Of a stretch of 64,000 nt of DNA, positions 57,234-64,000 are shown one piece after another (position 1 is the first letter of the stretch; each line of letters opens with the position of its first letter). Both the position numbers and the translations under genes were made by a program. The DNA lies in NCBI GenBank assembly GCA_964016885.1, contig OZ024753.1, forward strand, positions 16,492,001 to 16,556,000, given 5' to 3'. The notes below the pieces were generated by a model, which was given only the letters and a program-made list of their open reading frames with translations, did no database searches and was not told the DNA's origin. Source of the stretch: Eledone cirrhosa (lineage: Eukaryota).

Positions 57234-57519
57234 CATATATACATATATACATATATATACATACATATATATATACACATATATATATATATACATACAT
57301 ATATATATATACATAGATACATACATATATATATATACATATATATACATATATATATATATATATACATACATATATATATATAGTTTCCATTTATTAA
57401 TATATTGAATTACTCCAGTAATTTGTTGAGTGCTTTATATTAGTTATAAAACTTTTAAACTTGTTGAATCCCAAACAAATTAAATATAACTTCTGCATAT
57501 ATATATATATATATATATA

Positions 57520-57713
57520 AGTTTTAATATAGATGAGATTCTACAGGACTAGAACTGTTTCATTCATTAGAAATCATCAGAGATTCCTGATAATTTCTAA
57601 TGAATGAAACAGTTCTAGTCCTGTAGAATCTCATCTATATTAAAACTTTTATACTCTGCTATGTATTCAGTACCTTACTTACTGTGGTTACCTCCGATTC
57701 AACCCGGAATAAC

Positions 57714-57715
<2 letters not shown>
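57520..57715. mobile_element. HHR fold-back element, family E variant
   Basis: gagattc CTGATAA tttc taat gaat GAAA cag ttctagtc ctg TA gaatctc (57580-57632); minus arm keeps CTGATGA. Confidence 0.8.
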
Positions 57716-57779
<64 letters not shown>

Positions 57780-57860
57780 CATACATAGATACATATATAT
57801 ATATTTAATTAGAGAGTGAACAAGAGCACTCTTTTTCCTTTGTTTTTCTTTTGGAATTAC

Positions 57861-57910
<50 letters not shown>

Positions 57911-58059
57911 CATAATATATTTTTGGGTTTGTGTGTGTGATTATCTATAAGAAACACACGTGTGTATTATTTAGTGTATATGATAGTGCGTGCTTATTTG
58001 AATGTGTATGTGAGCCCACACATACACATACACACAAACAACACACAGACACACACTCA

Positions 58060-58875
58060 CACACATATCCAAACATAGACACACACATCCAAACATATAC
58101 AACATACACGCACCTACATAGACACTCACACATATCCAAACATACAACATACACGCACCTACACACACACATCCAAACATATAACATACACGCACCTACA
58201 TAGACACACACAGACATCCAAACATACAACATACACACACCTACATAGACACACACACACACATCCAAACATACAACATACACAGACACACACTGACATC
58301 CAAACATACAATATACACACACACCTACATAGACAGACAGACACACACACACACACATCCAAACATACAACATACACGCACCTACATAGACACTCGCACA
58401 CACATCCAAACATGACATACACGCACCTAACATAGACACTCACACACACATCCAAACATGACATACACGCACCTAACATAGACACTCACACACACATCCA
58501 AACATGACATACACGCACCTAACATAGACACTCACACACACATCCAAACATGACATACACGCACCTAACATAGACACACACACACACATCCAAACATAAC
58601 ATACACGCACCTAACACAGACACTCACACACACATCCAAACATGACATACACGCACCTACATAGACACACACTCACACACACATCCAAACATGACATACA
58701 CACACCTAACATAGACACTCACACACACATCCAAACATGACATACACACACCTAACACAGACACTCACACTCACACACACATCCAAACATGACACACACA
58801 CACACCTAACATAGACACACACTCACACACACATCCAAACATGACATACACACACCTAACATAGACACTCACACT
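58060..58875 (+). repeat. ~46-bp AC-rich minisatellite
   Basis: acatccaaacatgacatacacgcacctaacatagacactcacacac. Confidence 0.9.
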
Positions 58876-59277
58876 GCTGTCAAATTTAACTTGTTACTAA
58901 TAGTAATGAAAGCAAATACCATCAGTAACACCAGCAATAACACTTATAACTACAACAACAACAACAATAGTTATAATAATAGTCACAACAACAACAACAA
59001 CAACAGCAATTATAACACCAGCAGCATCAGTAAAACAACAACAACAGTTATTAATTAATTGTCTATATATTGAGCTATATATAATTTTAATTATTATGTA
59101 TTTATATTACCCTTGTGGCTAATAAAAACATTATTATTATTATTTGAAGTTAACTTTGCCTTTCATCCTTACGGGGTCGATAAAATAAAGTACCAGTAAT
59201 GTACTGCGATATTTGCTGGCCTTGTGCCAAAAGTAGAAACAATTATGATTTAATCGTCTTATCTCCTCCCCCCCAAA

Positions 59278-59640
59278 TTACTGGCCCTGTGTCAAAAATA
59301 AAGTACCAGTAACACTCTGGGGTCGATTTAATAGACTTTCACCCCCTTTCCATATTACTGGCCCTGTGTCAAAAATAAAGTACCAGTAACACTCTGGGGT
59401 CGATTTAATAGACTTTCACCCCCTTTCCATATTACTGGCCCTGTGTCAAAAATAAAGTACCAGTAACACTCTGGGGTCGATTTAATAGACTTTCACCCCC
59501 TTTCCATATTACTGGCCCTGTGTCAAAAATAAAGTACCAGTAAGACCCTGGAGTTGATTTAATAGACTTTCACCCCTTTCCATATTACTGGCCCTGTGTC
59601 AAAAATAAAGTACCAGTAAGACCCTGGGGCGATTTATTCG
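59278..59640 (+). repeat. 77-bp tandem (~5 units) from SINE family 2 3' part
   Basis: Units at 59278, 59355, 59432, 59509, 59585. Confidence 0.9.
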
Positions 59641-59857
59641 ACCCCCTCCCCCCCACAAATTATTGGGCTTGTGCCTAAATCAGAAAGGGTGGTGGGTTGG
59701 CAGAATTGTTAGAGCATCGGATAAAATGGTTTGTGGTATTTAGTCACGACCCTTTTAAGTCCTGAGCTCAAATTACACCGAGGTCAAACTTTACATTTTT
59801 TATCCTTCTCTGGAGTCGATAAGAATAAACATCCCCCCCCCCCCACACCCACTACAA

Positions 59858-59896
<39 letters not shown>

Positions 59897-59900
<4 letters not shown>

Positions 59901-60230
59901 AAAGTTCTATTTAAATTGTTGGGAAACAAGCAAACACTTTTATAACTGATATAAAGCACTCGACAAATAATTGGAGTAAATATACGATATTAACAAATGG
60001 AAACTATATTTATAAAACCATATCTATTTTATTATACATATTTCAAGGATACCATGTTAAATTATGGTGTGCTTTCATCAGATAAAATATAATATATACC
60101 AGTTTTATAAATAAATTTTAACATACCCTTTTGTCTGATGAAAGCATACCATAATTTAACATGGTATCCTTGAAATATGTATAATAAAATAGATATGGTT
60201 TTATAAATATAGTTTCCATTTGTTAATATC

Positions 60231-60232
<2 letters not shown>
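59897..60232. mobile_element. HHR fold-back element, family G; HHRs 60025-60089 (-) and 60129-60189 (+)
   Basis: ttttgt CTGATGA aagcataccat aatttaac atggtatcctt GAAA tatgta TA ataaaa. Confidence 0.85.
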
Positions 60233-60314
<82 letters not shown>

Positions 60315-60503
60315 GGAACGAGTAGGACCCCGACGGCTGAGCTTAAGCCGTTTCGAAGGCTAATTCTGGACTTAGAATTAGCCGTCGAAACGGCTTGAAC
60401 TCAGCCTTCGACATCCTACTCATTCCTATTACCCACTCTACTACCCTAAGTATTGAGTACTTTGGTGCGTTATGGTCCACCTGGTTCCTTACCACATTTC
60501 CTT

Positions 60504-60559
<56 letters not shown>

Positions 60560-61258
60560 CAAAGAAGGTGTGGTAAGGTACCAGGGGGACCATAAGGCCC
60601 CAGAGTACTCAATACTTGTGGAGTTCAAATCCGGCCATGTTTAACTTTCATCTTTCCGAGGTCGATTAAATAAAGTACCAGTCATATTCTGGGGTTGATA
60701 TAATCAATTTACTGGCATTGTACCAAACTTAAAAATCCTTATTTAGTAATATTGGTGGTGGTGGTGGTGGTGGTGGTGGTGTTAATCCAACGGGGAAAAC
60801 AACCACCTGACCTACTAGAAATAACAGCCAAATTTCCCTTAAACCTCTCAATCAATTTTTAAAGGACACTGTAGCCGGATAATGTCGGCCTGTGTATAGG
60901 TAAACGACGGGATGGTCACGGTCGACATGTCTCTGGTCAAAATACGTAGGGTTAAACAACAACAATCTAAACTTTACTTACACATATTCATAAACACACC
61001 ACCACCACCACCACTAGCCCCCTACTACACATATTCATAAACACACCCCACCACCAACCACGATCACACACATACGCCCCCCTCCCCCTCATAGATCCAC
61101 TTACACACACATACACAGACAACCACATGCATACACCACTCCATTCCCACACTAATAATATACACTTGCATATACATATACATACATCCAAAGACACATT
61201 CACGCACGAAGGCAGTCTCTCACACTTGCATATATATATATATATATATATACACTTG

Positions 61259-61309
<51 letters not shown>

Positions 61310-61325
61310 GCACACACACACACAC

Positions 61326-61368
<43 letters not shown>

Positions 61369-61538
61369 CACACACACACACATATATATATATCCCTCCA
61401 GTCTCATATTAGCCCCACCGCACACTTATATACACATTAGCAAACAAACATACACACGCACCCCAGTCCGCTGCACACATATAACACACATACACACAGA
61501 ACTTCAATCACAGACACACTTCCATACATCCATTCATT

Positions 61539-61583
<45 letters not shown>

Positions 61584-61664
61584 CAGACCAGTCATACACA
61601 CATAGGACTTGAGTCGCACACACTTACATTTATACATACACACTTTCATATGTCCATTCATATA

Positions 61665-62275
61665 TATATATATACACAGCGCACTAGCATAACACATACA
61701 TTATATATAACACATGCACTTAGGGCGTACATATATACACACTTCCATTCACACATGTATATATATACACAGCGAAAATAAAGTACCAGTAATGCACTGG
61801 TTATTTTGCTGGCCTTGTGCCAAAAGTAGAAACAATTATATATAACACACACACTTAGGGCGCACATATATACACACTTCCATTTATACATGTGTATATA
61901 CACAGCGTGCTAGCCTAACACACACATTATATATAACACATGCACTTAGGGCGCAAATATATACACACTTCCATTCACACGTGTATATATACACAGCGCA
62001 CTAGCCTAACACACACACATTATATACACATGCACTTAGGGCGCACATATATACACACTTCCATTCACACATGTGTATATATACACAGCGTACTAGCCTA
62101 ACACACACATTATATATAACACATGCACTTAGGGCGCACATATATACACACTTCCATTTATACATGTATATATATACACAGCGTACTAGCCTAACACATG
62201 CACTTAGGCGCACATATATACACACTTCCATTCATACATGTGTAAACACAGTGCTCTAGCCTAACACACACATAA
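61665..62275 (+). repeat. ~92-bp minisatellite (~6 units)
   Basis: cacagcgcactagcctaacacacacattatatataacacatgcacttagggcgcac... Confidence 0.88.
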
Positions 62276-62859
62276 CATACCGCACATGCACACACAGACA
62301 CTGCCACTCATACATGTATATCCACAGAGAACTAGCCCTCCACACAGACACTTCCACTCATACATGTATATCCACAGCGCTGTCGCCGTCTACACACATA
62401 CACACGCCAGAACAGTCTGTCAGATTTATGTTAGGAGTTCAGACATATATTACAGGACTTTATGATATATCTTAGACGGTAGGTGGTGGTTCATCTTATA
62501 TATTTCACTTTTTTGTCTTTATATATAAAACATATTTCTTACTGTTCAAACTTTAAACTTTTTCTTAACTCTGTCTCCACCACCTTGTCTGTGACTTTCT
62601 CAGTGACTTTAAACGAACACCTGCCCTTTTTTTTTTATTTTTACCCGACAGGACATCGTTTATATCTACCTATCTCTCTCTCTCTATCTATCTATATATA
62701 TATTAAGGTACCATGTATATATACATATATATACACATGGTACCTTTTTTCTTTCACACTCACCTCTCATTCATTTTTTTTCTCGTGTTGCAATTTTACA
62801 AAAAAAAAAAAAAAAAAATTAATTTGTAATTGTGTATAAATATATAACTTCTCCATTGC

Positions 62860-62912
<53 letters not shown>

Positions 62913-63033
62913 CATAGAGCACTCTTTTTTCCTGGACCTTTCCGACGGAAATACTTCACATATTTATATATATATATTGTTATATTGGGGGGAGGGGGTC
63001 ATGTTATAATATTGCCAGAAATATCGCCGTTTG

Positions 63034-63070
<37 letters not shown>

Positions 63071-63252
63071 TGTATGTGTGTGTTTGTGTGCGAGAGGTTG
63101 TTTGTATAAAAACATACTTAGATCCAGTCCAACATCAACTGAATGAGCACTCAATACACGTGAGCAGAGTATATAGACATGTTTTAAATTTTCAAAGAAA
63201 AAAAGCGACTGTGACATCGAAGTTTTCTATATATATACATATAAAAACTGAC

Positions 63253-63285
<33 letters not shown>

Positions 63286-63394
63286 GGTGTGGTGTGTCTG
63301 TATAAGGTGACCTGTTGTTTCATTCATTTATATATATATAAATAATTATATATATATATATATAAATAATTATATATATATATATATAAATAAT

Positions 63395-63461
<67 letters not shown>

Positions 63462-63707
63462 GGGCGGTGGAAACATTTCTGAATTGTGGGGGACCACATT
63501 TGGTCAATATAGTCAAATATCAACCTAGATATAAAAAAACTTCGATATGAGATAAACATAACATGTATATATATATTGTAGTGTATATAGAAATATATGT
63601 GTGTTTTGGTATTTTGGGGGATATACAAACTGACCTTTATATATATATAACGGTCATATAAGGTATGTTTCCTTGGCTATGTCAATATTTATAAAAGACA
63701 CTTCGTA

Positions 63708-63764
63708 TTTTATCTGATGAGGACATACCAAAATGTTGGTACCCTTGAAATATATATAATAGAA
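63708..63764 (+). ncRNA. Hammerhead (diverged G)
   Basis: ttttat CTGATGA ggacatacca aaatgt tggtaccctt GAAA tatata TA atagaa. Confidence 0.65.
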
Positions 63765-64000
63765 CAGAGCATATAAATAAATTTACAGTAGAATAACAAC
63801 AAATATGTTTTAAATATATACATAAATAACATTACAAATGCCTCGGTAACACTATAAAGGATGATACAATGAAAGATATATTTTTTTAATGTTACAATAT
63901 TAAAGAAAATGTAAAAGGGGTGAACAACGGAGTCAACACCAGAGCAAAAGGCAGCAACGAGGGGTACTGGGCAACCTCTCTAATGATTTTTGAGGCAAGC

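Noticed and set aside
61719-62134. TTAGGG telomeric signal
   Set aside because: Single hexamer per 92-bp unit, not tandem

Overview
Gene-poor, AT-rich animal genomic DNA that is almost entirely repeats. The repeat make-up suggests a cephalopod such as octopus (inference). No host exon could be supported; nearly all long ORFs are translated microsatellites. Contents: (1) a Tx1/L1-clade LINE with a twin-priming-type 5' inversion; (2) about ten 5'-truncated copies of one RTE LINE family, one with an open RT frame carrying a PHD-like finger, plus tRNA-headed SINEs sharing its 3' tail; (3) other RTE, CR1, SINE, Helitron and piggyBac-type MITE remnants; (4) many minisatellites, several grown out of TE segments. 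Main result: about 25 type-I hammerhead ribozyme (HHR) core motifs (CUGANGA...GAAA...NUH, counted by eye, including degenerate ones) in at least 7 short non-coding families. They sit mostly in (AT)n tracts as asymmetric fold-back palindromes or a 420-bp partial tandem, with compensatory stem I changes between copies. They look like Penelope-type pLTR or retrozyme derivatives. All folds and coordinates are by eye; nothing was computed or searched.
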